Source: Methanobacteriota archaeon (GTDB taxonomy: Archaea; JAADCQ01; Methanopyri; Methanopyrales; Methanopyraceae). Taken from it: 18,277 bases of DNA. The position numbers were made by a program, and so were the translations under genes. The DNA lies in NCBI GenBank assembly GCA_027064305.1, contig JAMOPY010000035.1:1-18277 (forward strand). Direction: 5' to 3'. The notes under the pieces are model-generated. The model worked only from the letters and a program-made list of their open reading frames with translations, did no database searches and had not been told where the DNA came from. Shown here in pieces: positions 8,330-16,428 of the stretch; the stretch's first letter is position 1, and each line of letters begins with the position of its first letter.

Positions 8330-9216
8330 AACACCGTGTAGTGGCCCTGCACGACCGACTGATCCACCAGGAAGACGCGCTGCCGACCCCCGGAGGCGGA
8401 CATCCAGAACCACAGGCTCACCTCTCCCTGCCTCGCGTGCTCCGGCAGCACCATCGCGGGCACCGTTCGCCCGGAGAAGTTCACCGTCCGCGTCCCCACC
8501 TTCTCCTCCCCGGGACCCAGGAGATCCACCCGAATCCGTCCCAACTGCACGGTGAGCTGCTCCAGCACCAGGCACCCACGGGCCCCCGTCTTCCTCAACG
8601 CCCGCTCGATCCGACGCTTCACCTCCACGTGCTTACCGTCACTCACGTTGCACAGAACCCTACCGACCACGGAGTTGTACCGTACCTTCACGCTCGGACC
8701 GTCCATGACCCGGTTACCCAGCTCCCGGCGGACCGCCTCCTCCACCTTCCGCTTGTCCGGCTTCCCGTCGTACGAGGCCTGGAACAGGAACACGGATCCC
8801 TTTACCACCACGCTCCGCTCCGCCATCGACTTGCCCTTGAGGACTTTCTCCACGTCCTTCCTGGCCTGGCTCGGGTCCACCGTGCTCGGTACCAGCGCGT
8901 CCACCACGTACACCTCGTACCCCTTGATCTTGGTCTTCTGCACGGAGACCCGCTCGACGCTCTCCACCCCCTCCACCGCCTTCCGCAGCTCCTTCCCGGA
9001 GACACCCCGCTTCGGCACGACCAGCGCCCGAACGATCGACACCTGGTAGTCGCGCACGATCTTCGCCTTCACGACGGCCCGCGCCGCCACCACCCTTCCG
9101 CCGGTCTGTCCCGAGAGCGTGAACGTGGGGATGGCCGAGAGCACCATCATTCCGGCCAGGAACAGGATGCCCGCCGTCACGATCGTGCGTCGGTGCCGCC
9201 GTATCCAATCGAACAC
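8326..9216 (-). CDS. Hypothetical membrane-anchored or exported protein, 296 aa
   Basis: Basic N-terminus plus hydrophobic helix TIVTAGILFLAGMMVLSAI; SD gggggagtga; K/R/V-rich remainder. Confidence 0.7.
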   Translation of the reverse strand: MFDWIRRHRRTIVTAGILFLAGMMVLSAIPTFTLSGQTGGRVVAARAVVKAKIVRDYQVSIVRALVVPKRGVSGKELRKAVEGVESVERVSVQKTKIKGYEVYVVDALVPSTVDPSQARKDVEKVLKGKSMAERSVVVKGSVFLFQASYDGKPDKRKVEEAVRRELGNRVMDGPSVKVRYNSVVGRVLCNVSDGKHVEVKRRIERALRKTGARGCLVLEQLTVQLGRIRVDLLGPGEEKVGTRTVNFSGRTVPAMVLPEHARQGEVSLWFWMSASGGRQRVFLVDQSVVQGHYTVF

Positions 9217-9219
9217 CGC

Positions 9220-9768
9220 TCACTCCCCCGCGCGCTCCATCAGGAGCTCCAGGTAGGACTCGCGCACCCGCTCTCCCCTCACGCCCAGCCTCTCGGCCAG
9301 CCGCAGGAGGCTCTCCTCCGCCCGCTCCACCTCGGAGCGATCGCCCACCGAGCACTCCAACTCCAGGAACGTCCCCAACCCGCTCACCTCGTCCAGCGCC
9401 ACCGTCACGTCCCGACCCTCAAACCTCACCCGGTACACCTCCCGACGCTTCTTAACCTTCACCCGCTCCAGCGGCCGGAACCCCAGGCGCCTCAGGATCC
9501 GATCCATCCGCTCCCCGTCCTCCACCTCAACCTCCACCTCCTCCCGGGACTTCTCCCGACCCACCCGGGGCCCCTTGTACGTCAACACGACCCTACCGTC
9601 CGTGCGGCGCAGCCTCAGCGCCTCGTCCGTCTCCCCGAAGTCCCGGCACGGGTGCTGGTAGTACACGTCCACCTGCTCCAGCGTCCCCTCACGCTCCCCA
9701 AGCTCCCGCAGCCGCTCCCTCACCTCCTCCGGGTTCTCAACGGCGATCTTCACCTCCACCTCGAACAC
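9220..9768 (-). CDS. cyaB: CYTH / class IV adenylate cyclase (CyaB-like triphosphate tunnel metalloenzyme)
   Basis: EVEVK, QVDVYY, ALRLR, LTYKGP, SREEVE, KKRREVY, LDEVSGLGTFLELE, SYLELL. Confidence 0.93.
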   Translation of the reverse strand: MFEVEVKIAVENPEEVRERLRELGEREGTLEQVDVYYQHPCRDFGETDEALRLRRTDGRVVLTYKGPRVGREKSREEVEVEVEDGERMDRILRRLGFRPLERVKVKKRREVYRVRFEGRDVTVALDEVSGLGTFLELECSVGDRSEVERAEESLLRLAERLGVRGERVRESYLELLMERAGE

Positions 9769-10939
9769 GCTCCCTCCCCCGCAGCAGCTCCCCGAGGAAT
9801 CCCGGGTTGACCGTCAGGTACCCCAGGACCGCCCCCAGCGCCGCCGGCACGGCGCAGTCCATGCCGAACAGCTCCATCACGAGCACCGCGGCCGAGACCG
9901 GGGCGTCGAACGCCACCGCCAGGAACGCGGACATGGAGGCGGCCACGGCGGCCGGCGCCGGCAACCCCACCAGCGCCCGCACGGCGGACCCGAAGAAGAT
10001 CGAGGCGCACACGACCGGCGAGACGAAGCCCGCGGGCACCCCGCTCCCCAGCGTGAGCGACGTTGCCGCCACCTTACCCAGGAACGCCAGCCCCGAGCAC
10101 CACGGGTCCATCCGACCCACCGCCGCCCGGGACGCCCAGTCCAGCCCCAGCCCGACCGCCTGCGGCACCCACGCTCCCAGGGCCGCGACCGCGACCCCGG
10201 CGAGCAGCGCCCGGACCTCCGCCCGCTGAACCCGGTGAAACCACCGGTACGCGACCTGCACCGAGCGCACCAGACCGTACGCCGCCACGGCCGCCGCCAG
10301 GCCCACCACCGTCAGCCCCGGCAGGTCCCACCAGGAGTACGCGTACCCGGCGTGGGCCGTCAGCAGGTAACGCTTCCCCAGGACCAGGTAGTACACCGTG
10401 TACCCGGAAACGCTGGCGATGATGGCCGGAGGCAGGCACGGATACCCCAACCTCCCACCGAGCGTCTCCAGCGTGAAGAGGGCCGCGGAAACCGGCGCGC
10501 ACAGGACCCCGGACACCCCACCGGACGCGGTCGCGACGATCACCCACGACCTGGGCAGTCCCTTCACGCCGAGCCGCTCGGCGCACCAACGGCCGATGGA
10601 CACGCATGACTGCACGCAGGGACCCACCTGGCCCCCGCTCCCGCCCGACCCGATCACGGTCCCCGCCACCAGGAGCTTGAGCACGCCGGCCACCGGATCC
10701 CTGGCGCGCCCCTGCCGGGCCTTGTCCAGCCCCGTCCCCGGAAGCTCCGGGTGCAGCGAGCTCACGGCCCCGGCCAGCGCCATCACCGCGGGCGTCACCC
10801 ACACGGACCCGCCGGAGAGTCGACCCACGGTCAGGATGGTCCAGGTGATGGTGGCGGCGCACAGCCCGCCGACGGCGCCCAGGGCCAGCGACAGCAGCGT
10901 CCACCGCACCGTCAACGTTAGATCGTCGCGCAGGACCAC
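9737..10939 (-). CDS. CLC-family anion transport protein (divergent)
   Basis: Multiple TM helices; GTGLD, GGSGGQVGP, APVSAALFTLE, LGSGVPAGFVSP, APVSAAVLVMEL match the CLC motif positions. Confidence 0.85.
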   Translation of the reverse strand: MVLRDDLTLTVRWTLLSLALGAVGGLCAATITWTILTVGRLSGGSVWVTPAVMALAGAVSSLHPELPGTGLDKARQGRARDPVAGVLKLLVAGTVIGSGGSGGQVGPCVQSCVSIGRWCAERLGVKGLPRSWVIVATASGGVSGVLCAPVSAALFTLETLGGRLGYPCLPPAIIASVSGYTVYYLVLGKRYLLTAHAGYAYSWWDLPGLTVVGLAAAVAAYGLVRSVQVAYRWFHRVQRAEVRALLAGVAVAALGAWVPQAVGLGLDWASRAAVGRMDPWCSGLAFLGKVAATSLTLGSGVPAGFVSPVVCASIFFGSAVRALVGLPAPAAVAASMSAFLAVAFDAPVSAAVLVMELFGMDCAVPAALGAVLGYLTVNPGFLGELLRGRERVRGGGEDRR

Positions 10940-10955
10940 CCGCCCCGGGGAGGTG

Positions 10956-11285
10956 ATGTTGGGCTGGGAGCTGCGGGTCGAGCGGGACCGCCGGGAGACC
11001 GTGTGCGGCCGGGTCCTGGAGCTGTACTCGGACGAGCGCCTCTCCCTGGCCGAGGTCGAGGTGGACGGGGAGGGCGAGGAGCACTACCACGAGCGGACCA
11101 CGGAAGTTTATTACGTGCTGGAGGGAACCGGCCGCGTCCACCTGAACGGGCGGCCCGTGGACGTCCGCCCCGGAGACGTGATCGTGGTGAGACCCGGGGT
11201 AAGGCACAAGGTGGAGGGCCGGATGAGGCTGCTCGTCGCGTGCTCACCCCCCTTCGACCCCGAGGACGTGCACGCGGAGGGATGA
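10956..11285 (+). CDS. Cupin domain protein, 109 aa
   Basis: HYHERTTEVYYVLEGTG and PGDVIVVRPGVRH metal-binding motifs; SD ggggaggtg; start ATG10956 or TTG10959. Confidence 0.9.
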   Translation: MLGWELRVERDRRETVCGRVLELYSDERLSLAEVEVDGEGEEHYHERTTEVYYVLEGTGRVHLNGRPVDVRPGDVIVVRPGVRHKVEGRMRLLVACSPPFDPEDVHAEG

Positions 11286-11352
11286 TGAGCTAAGCCTACT
11301 CCGACCCGAGCGGGAGTGATGGAACGGGTGAGCTGCCTGACCTCCCGCGTGC
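11270..11352 (+). ncRNA. Box C/D methylation-guide sRNA
   Basis: C ATGATGA 11282-88, 12-nt guide, D' CCGA 11301-04, hairpin linker, C' GTGATGG 11316-22, guide, D CTGA 11337-40; terminal stem gcacgcggagg/cctcccgcgtgc. Confidence 0.88.
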
Positions 11353-11618
11353 GCGCCACCCTCCGGCTGCGGGTGCCCGACCCGGTGCTCCTCGCCCTGA
11401 TTCCGGACGCGGACCCCTGGTGCCGCGTGCGAGACCGCCGCATCCACCTGCGAGGCGACGGCTTCGGGCCCCTGAAGCACGCCGTCGACGACGTGCTTCG
11501 GTGCGTGAAAGCGGGCCTGTCGACCCTGAGGGTGGCCGAGAATGCAGCCGCTGACGCGGAGGAACAAGGACGAGCACCCGGCCGTGACCGACCCGGACAC
11601 GACGATCATCCTCGGTGA
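11349..11618 (+). CDS. Pcc1-like protein (KEOPS complex subunit family)
   Basis: ATLRLRV...LLALIPD...IHLRGDGFGPLKHAVDDVLRCVKAG resembles the Pcc1 pattern; GTG11349, at the 3' end of the sRNA, preferred over 11316/11319. Confidence 0.55.
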   Translation: MRATLRLRVPDPVLLALIPDADPWCRVRDRRIHLRGDGFGPLKHAVDDVLRCVKAGLSTLRVAENAAADAEEQGRAPGRDRPGHDDHPR

Positions 11619-12249
11619 CGTGCGGGCGAGCGAGGACTGCGTGATCGGCGAGCGCGTCCGGCTGGGCCCCGACGCGAGGCTGCGCGGCGCCCTGATCTCG
11701 GGCGAGTCCGTGATCTACAACGCGGAGCTCGAGGGGTGCGCGGTGGGCTCTCGAACCACCGTCACGGGCCGGGTCTCGGAGGGCGCCACCGTCCACCACG
11801 GCTCCGTGCTGGGGCAGCTGAAGGTCAGCGGGGACCTCGAGCCCCCCACCGTCGGCCGGGGCGCCCTGGTCGGACCCGGCGTCTCCCTCCTACCCGGCGC
11901 CGAGGTGGGCGAGGAGGCGGTGCTGCTCCCGAACAGCGTGGTGACCGAGCGGGTGCCCCGGCGCGGGGTGGTGGGGGGCAACCCTGCGATGCCCCGCGGC
12001 GTGGTCGTGGACGCGGAGCGGGTGGAGGTCGAGTTCGACGGCTCGGAGTTTCAGGTCGAGGGACGCCGGGGGCGCGCCTTCAACCTCAGGCTCGCCGACG
12101 GCGGGCTGGAGATCGAGGAGGGACGCCCCGAGGAGTTCGGGGTGATCGCCGAGGAGCGGCCGCGGATCGTCCGACTGGGGCACGCGATCGAGCTCCCGCG
12201 CCGACCCTTCACCTTCCCCCTCCACGTGCTCCACCTGAGGATCAAGTAG
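11542..12249 (+). CDS. Hexapeptide-repeat (left-handed beta-helix) acyltransferase-like protein
   Basis: PTVGRGALVGPGVSLLPGAEVGEEAVLLPNSVVTERVPRRGVVGGNPA, a typical LbH acetyltransferase C-terminus. Confidence 0.8.
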   Translation: MQPLTRRNKDEHPAVTDPDTTIILGDVRASEDCVIGERVRLGPDARLRGALISGESVIYNAELEGCAVGSRTTVTGRVSEGATVHHGSVLGQLKVSGDLEPPTVGRGALVGPGVSLLPGAEVGEEAVLLPNSVVTERVPRRGVVGGNPAMPRGVVVDAERVEVEFDGSEFQVEGRRGRAFNLRLADGGLEIEEGRPEEFGVIAEERPRIVRLGHAIELPRRPFTFPLHVLHLRIK

Positions 12250-12260
12250 GGGGACCGCCG

Positions 12261-12863
12261 GTGCCCGTCCGGGACTCGGTCCTCATCGACACGAAGGTGG
12301 AGGAAGGGCTGGTGCTCGGGAGCGTGCTGGAGGGGTGCGAGGTCCGACGGGCGGCGGTGGTCGGCACCGTGGCCCGCGGGGAGCGGTTCCGGGAGACCGT
12401 GGTGGTGGGCGGCCGCGAGGTCGACGGTAGGGTGATCACCGTGCCCGTTCGGGCCGGGGAGTGGGGGGCCGCGTCCGGGGAGGAGGAGGCGCGCGTGCCT
12501 GGGGACGACGGTGACGTCCTCGCGATCGTGGCGGACGCGGGCGCGATGGGCCTGCTTCGGGACCTGCTGAGGCTGGAACCGCGCCGGGTCGGCCTCCACG
12601 CGCTGTTCACGTTCTCCGGCCCGCTGCCGGGCCGGCTCCGGCGGAGGATCGTGGGCAACCTGGACGTGTTCCGGGAGTGCTGCCCCTGCGCCTACCTGCG
12701 CCTCGGCGACACCGTGCTCGCCTTCCGGGGAGGGCGGCAGGTCTTCGGCGAGCCCGAGGAGGTGCGGTACAGGGACGTGCTGGTCGTGCGGGAGGGCCGA
12801 CCGGCGCTGTCCGCCTGGCGACCGGCGGCCCGCAGCGTGATCTCCGAGCTCGGGGCCGGGTGA
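12261..12863 (+). CDS. Hypothetical protein with a short beta-helix-like N-terminus, 200 aa
   Basis: SD aggggga before GTG12261; VRDSVLIDTKVEEGLVLGSVLEGCEVRRAAVVG repeat-like segment; CCPC motif. Confidence 0.6.
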   Translation: MPVRDSVLIDTKVEEGLVLGSVLEGCEVRRAAVVGTVARGERFRETVVVGGREVDGRVITVPVRAGEWGAASGEEEARVPGDDGDVLAIVADAGAMGLLRDLLRLEPRRVGLHALFTFSGPLPGRLRRRIVGNLDVFRECCPCAYLRLGDTVLAFRGGRQVFGEPEEVRYRDVLVVREGRPALSAWRPAARSVISELGAG

Positions 12864-12869
12864 CCCCGC

Positions 12870-13775
12870 GTGGCCGACCCGCGCGAGCTGCCGGAGCTCT
12901 TCTGCCGGGCCGTCGCGATCGAGGCGCTCTCGGGCCCGAAGCCCGGGCTCGTGGACCCCGTCTCCCCCAGCCCCCATCCGGACATGGGGCCCCGGGAGTT
13001 CTGCCTCTGCCTGCCCGCGCTGAGGAGGTGCCTGCGTGAGGCGCTGGAGCTCGGGCTGAGTCGGGAACCGGTGGAGGAGCTCGTGCGCCGCCTGCCCGCC
13101 TGGAACGTGGACGTGCTCACCGCCTCCGCCGGCCCGAACCCCGTGCGCGGGGTCCTGTTCCTGGGGGCCGTGCACTGTTACTCGGCCGGGTGGGAGCGGG
13201 ACCCCATGCCCGTCGATCGGATCCGGGAGGTGGGCCGGTTCTGCGCGGAGCGCCTGTGGGATCGGACGGAAACGAAGTGCGGTCGAAGGCGGGTTCGGGA
13301 GGGGCTGGCCGGGATCTTCGGGGAGGCGGCCTCCGGGCTCGCGACGGCCAGGACGGTGTCGCTCCCCACCCTGGTCTCGGTGCTGAGAAGGGGCGGCTCG
13401 CTCGAGGAGGCCGTGGTCCAGTCGGTCCTGGCCTGCATGGCCGTACTGGAGGACGCGGGGCTCCCACCGGGGGATCGAAGGTGGGTCCGGCGCCGGGCGC
13501 GCCGGGTGCTGCGGCTGGGCGGGGTGATGACCCCCAGGGGCCGGCGGGAGCTCTGGTCGTTCGTGCGGGAGTGCCTCGAACGCCGCGTCAGCCCGGGCGC
13601 GTCCGGCGACGTGACGGTGGTCGGGCTCGTGATGCTGTTCCTCCGGTGGGGCCGGGACCTTGCTTCCCCGTATCTTGATCCTCCGGGACGGTGGCGTGGG
13701 GGAGCAGTGGGGGCGGACGGTGCGGCTCCTGGTGCGCGGGGACGGGACGAGGGTGGTGGCCGCCCGGGGCGATAG
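12870..13775 (+). CDS. citG: CitG/MdcB-family triphosphoribosyl-dephospho-CoA synthase
   Basis: EALSGPKPGLVDP...HPDM, NPVRGVLFL, GIFGEAASG, SPGASGDV motifs. Confidence 0.85.
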   Translation: MADPRELPELFCRAVAIEALSGPKPGLVDPVSPSPHPDMGPREFCLCLPALRRCLREALELGLSREPVEELVRRLPAWNVDVLTASAGPNPVRGVLFLGAVHCYSAGWERDPMPVDRIREVGRFCAERLWDRTETKCGRRRVREGLAGIFGEAASGLATARTVSLPTLVSVLRRGGSLEEAVVQSVLACMAVLEDAGLPPGDRRWVRRRARRVLRLGGVMTPRGRRELWSFVRECLERRVSPGASGDVTVVGLVMLFLRWGRDLASPYLDPPGRWRGGAVGADGAAPGARGRDEGGGRPGR

Positions 13776-14247
13776 GAAGTTTTTTAGTCCGGGAGAGGTG
13801 AGAGTTGAAAGAAGGTTAACGCCCTGGGACGCCTACCGGGAGATCTGCCCGAGGCTCAGGCTCGACGCGCTGGAGCCGCCGGAGGACGCGGGTCACCCGG
13901 TCGACCCCGAGGTGGGGTACCGGGTGCTGGAGCTCCTGTCCGTGCTGTGGAGGTCCGGGATCCGCGACCTGGGCGTCGTCGGGACGGTGGGCTGCGCCGC
14001 CCCGCTTCACGACCTGACGGTGGGGAACCCGGTCGGGTGGACGAGCCTGCGGGTGGCGAACCCCGGGTCGGACCTCGACTTAATAATCCGGGAGAGGAAA
14101 ACCCTACGAGCCCTCCTGCGCCTGGGGTTCCGGGTCGTCAGACGCCGGGGCGATGGCGCGGTGCTGTCCCCGGACCGCGTCACGGGCTTTCGAACGCCCA
14201 GACTTGACGTGAGGTGGGGGTGCGACGTTGGCGGACGATCTGGATAG
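13660..14247 (+). CDS. Pol-beta-fold nucleotidyltransferase, MdcG-like (phosphoribosyl-dephospho-CoA transferase candidate)
   Basis: LGVVGTVG...SDLDLII...RLDV catalytic pattern; N-terminal VRG...R...LTP similar to MdcG; adjacent to citG. Start uncertain. Confidence 0.6.
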   Translation: MLPRILILRDGGVGEQWGRTVRLLVRGDGTRVVAARGDRKFFSPGEVRVERRLTPWDAYREICPRLRLDALEPPEDAGHPVDPEVGYRVLELLSVLWRSGIRDLGVVGTVGCAAPLHDLTVGNPVGWTSLRVANPGSDLDLIIRERKTLRALLRLGFRVVRRRGDGAVLSPDRVTGFRTPRLDVRWGCDVGGRSG

Positions 14248-15691
14248 CCTGCTGCCCGACACCTCGGAGAGCGTCAGCCTGAGCGCGCTTAAGAACCTGA
14301 AGAACGAGCTGGAGGAGTTGTCGGACAAGTCCGACTCCAACCTGGAGGAGCTGACCGAGGTGCTGGACGACCTGATCACGCTGATGGAGCGGACCGGGGT
14401 GGAGAACCTCCGGGACCTCGTGGAGAAGTTCGAGGACCTGCGGCGGGAGAAGAAGCGGCTGGAGGAGCTCCTGCAGGAGTACTTCAAGCGGCTGGAGGAG
14501 CTGGAGCGGAAGCTGAAGGCCCAGGAGGAGAAGCTCCGCATCGAGGCGCGGCGCCGAAAGACGCTGGAGCGCGAGCTGGAGATGGAGCGGGACGAGAAGG
14601 CCGAGCTGCGGGAGGAGCTGCGCCGGAAGGAGGTCATGATCGAGAAGCTCCGCAACGACCTGCAACGGCTGAAGAAGCCGCCCCTGATCGTGGGCACGGT
14701 GGAGGAGGTGCTCGAGGACGGTCGCGTCATCGTCAAGAGCTCCACCGGCCCGAAGTTCGTCTCGAACGTGAGCCCCACCGTGGACCGGGACGAGATCCAG
14801 CCGGGCGTGAACGTGGCCCTGAACCAGCAGAGCATGGCCGTCGTCGACGTGCTACCCTCGGAGAAGGACCCGCGGGTCACGGCCATGGAGGTGGAGGAGG
14901 AGCCGGACGTCACGTACGATGACATCGGCGGGCTGGACGAGCAGATCCAGGAGATCCGAGAGGTCGTGGAGAAGCCGCTCAAGGAGCCCGAACTGTTCGA
15001 GAAGGTCGGCGTCGAGCCGCCGAAGGGCGTGCTCCTCTACGGCCCACCGGGCACGGGCAAGACCCTCCTCGCCCGCGCGGTCGCCCACCACGCGGACGCC
15101 ACGTTCATCCGGCTCGCCGCGCCCGAGCTCGTCCAGAAGTTCATCGGCGAGGGCGCCCGACTCGTCCGCGAGCTCTTCGAGCTGGCCCGGGAGAAGGCCC
15201 CGAGCATCATCTTCATCGACGAGATCGACGCCATCGGCGCCCGACGCATGCGGGACGCCACGAGCGGTGACCGCGAGGTCCAGCGCACGCTGACGCAGCT
15301 CCTGGCCGAGATGGACGGCTTCGACCCGCTCGACGACATCAAGGTCATCGCCGCGACCAACCGGAAGGACATCCTGGACCCAGCGCTCCTCCGACCCGGC
15401 CGGTTCGACCGACACATCAAGATCCCGCTGCCGGACGAGGAGGGCCGCTACGAGATCTTCAAGATCCACACGCGGGACATGAACATCTCCGACGACGTGG
15501 ACCTGAAGAAGCTGGCCAAGATGACGGAGGGCGCCTCGGGCGCCGACATCAAGGCCATCTGCACCGAGGCCGGAATGATGGCCATCCGCGAGGACCGAGA
15601 CGTCGTCACCATGCGCGACTTCATCAAGGCCGTCGAGCGCGTCCTGGGCACCAGGGAGGAGGAGGGAGAGTACAAGCGGGCGTACCACTAA
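14228..15691 (+). CDS. pan: Proteasome-activating nucleotidase (AAA+)
   Basis: Coiled coil, PPLIVG OB domain, [14 protein letters not shown] pore loop, [12 protein letters not shown]...LRPGRFDR, C-terminal HbYX (AYH). Confidence 0.98.
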   Translation: MADDLDSLLPDTSESVSLSALKNLKNELEELSDKSDSNLEELTEVLDDLITLMERTGVENLRDLVEKFEDLRREKKRLEELLQEYFKRLEELERKLKAQEEKLRIEARRRKTLERELEMERDEKAELREELRRKEVMIEKLRNDLQRLKKPPLIVGTVEEVLEDGRVIVKSSTGPKFVSNVSPTVDRDEIQPGVNVALNQQSMAVVDVLPSEKDPRVTAMEVEEEPDVTYDDIGGLDEQIQEIREVVEKPLKEPELFEKVGVEPPKGVLLYGPPGTGKTLLARAVAHHADATFIRLAAPELVQKFIGEGARLVRELFELAREKAPSIIFIDEIDAIGARRMRDATSGDREVQRTLTQLLAEMDGFDPLDDIKVIAATNRKDILDPALLRPGRFDRHIKIPLPDEEGRYEIFKIHTRDMNISDDVDLKKLAKMTEGASGADIKAICTEAGMMAIREDRDVVTMRDFIKAVERVLGTREEEGEYKRAYH

Positions 15692-15693
15692 AC

Positions 15694-15778
15694 CCCCGGC
15701 GCGGATGAAGAGGCGGTTGCTGGCGGACCGGCCAGGGATGATGAGTAGTGGGCGAGCGGACCTACCTACGGGTCGGGG
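15694..15778 (+). ncRNA. Box C/D methylation-guide sRNA (variant boxes)
   Basis: C ATGAAGA 15705-11, 12-nt guide, D' CGGA 15724-27, C' ATGATGA 15738-44, 12-nt guide, D CGGA 15757-60; flanks ccccggc/gtcgggg can pair. Confidence 0.75.
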
Positions 15779-16428
15779 ACCTCACCGTCCGGATCCTCCC
15801 ACCCGATCGGGCCGCACCCACCGTGCGACGGCTCGCCTCCGAGCTCGACGCCGACGCCCCGGGCGAGCTGAAGGAGACCGTCCCCGTTGACCTCCTCCAA
15901 TCCGACTTCTTCTCCCCCGACGCCCGCGTCCTGATCGCCCACCGACGGCGCCAACCCGTGGCCTGCGTCGGGGCCGATCCCGACACCACCCGCCACCCGC
16001 ACAACGTGTTCGGCCTGATCGTCTCCCCCCGAGTGCGACGCCGGTACCAGATCGGCCACCTGCTACTCGCCGCGGCGCTCAGGTTCCTCCGGGAGTCCGG
16101 CGCCGACGTCGCCCGCACCACCCCCATCCGACGCGCCCTCCCCTTCTTCACCGGCATCCGGGCGGACCCCACGCACGTCTGGAAAGAGCTGGACCTCCGG
16201 GTCCGGTGGTACCGGCGCACCCGGGACGAGTCCTTCCTGGACCTCTCCCGGCTCCCCACCGAGCTGCGCGAGGACCTCCGACTGATGAAGGTGGAAACCG
16301 CGGACGCCCACCGCGAGCCCACACCATTTCATATGCTGGACCCCGAGCGACCCGTCCACACCTTCCGGTCCGGCGTGAAGGGGTTCACCCTGATCGCGAG
16401 GCTCGGGGGCCCTCACCGGTGGAGGTGA
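15748..16428 (+). CDS. GNAT-family acetyltransferase-like protein
   Basis: PVACVG...VFGLIVSPRVRRRYQIGHLLLAAAL (motif A variant) and RALPFF; start uncertain because it overlaps the sRNA. Confidence 0.7.
   Translation: MGERTYLRVGDLTVRILPPDRAAPTVRRLASELDADAPGELKETVPVDLLQSDFFSPDARVLIAHRRRQPVACVGADPDTTRHPHNVFGLIVSPRVRRRYQIGHLLLAAALRFLRESGADVARTTPIRRALPFFTGIRADPTHVWKELDLRVRWYRRTRDESFLDLSRLPTELREDLRLMKVETADAHREPTPFHMLDPERPVHTFRSGVKGFTLIARLGGPHRWR

Noticed and set aside
319-9810. Long alternative-frame ORFs (e.g. 319..1074, 638..1624, 3968..5323, 5157..6242, 8290..9810)
   Set aside because: Shadow ORFs of GC-rich genes: R/G/P/H-rich, no motifs, and overlapping well-supported genes.
12861-12872. TGA at 12861-63 in frame with the citG GTG, suggesting a selenocysteine read-through fusion
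   Set aside because: One-in-three chance of being in frame; ggggtga serves as the citG SD; no Cys-like motif context or recognisable SECIS.
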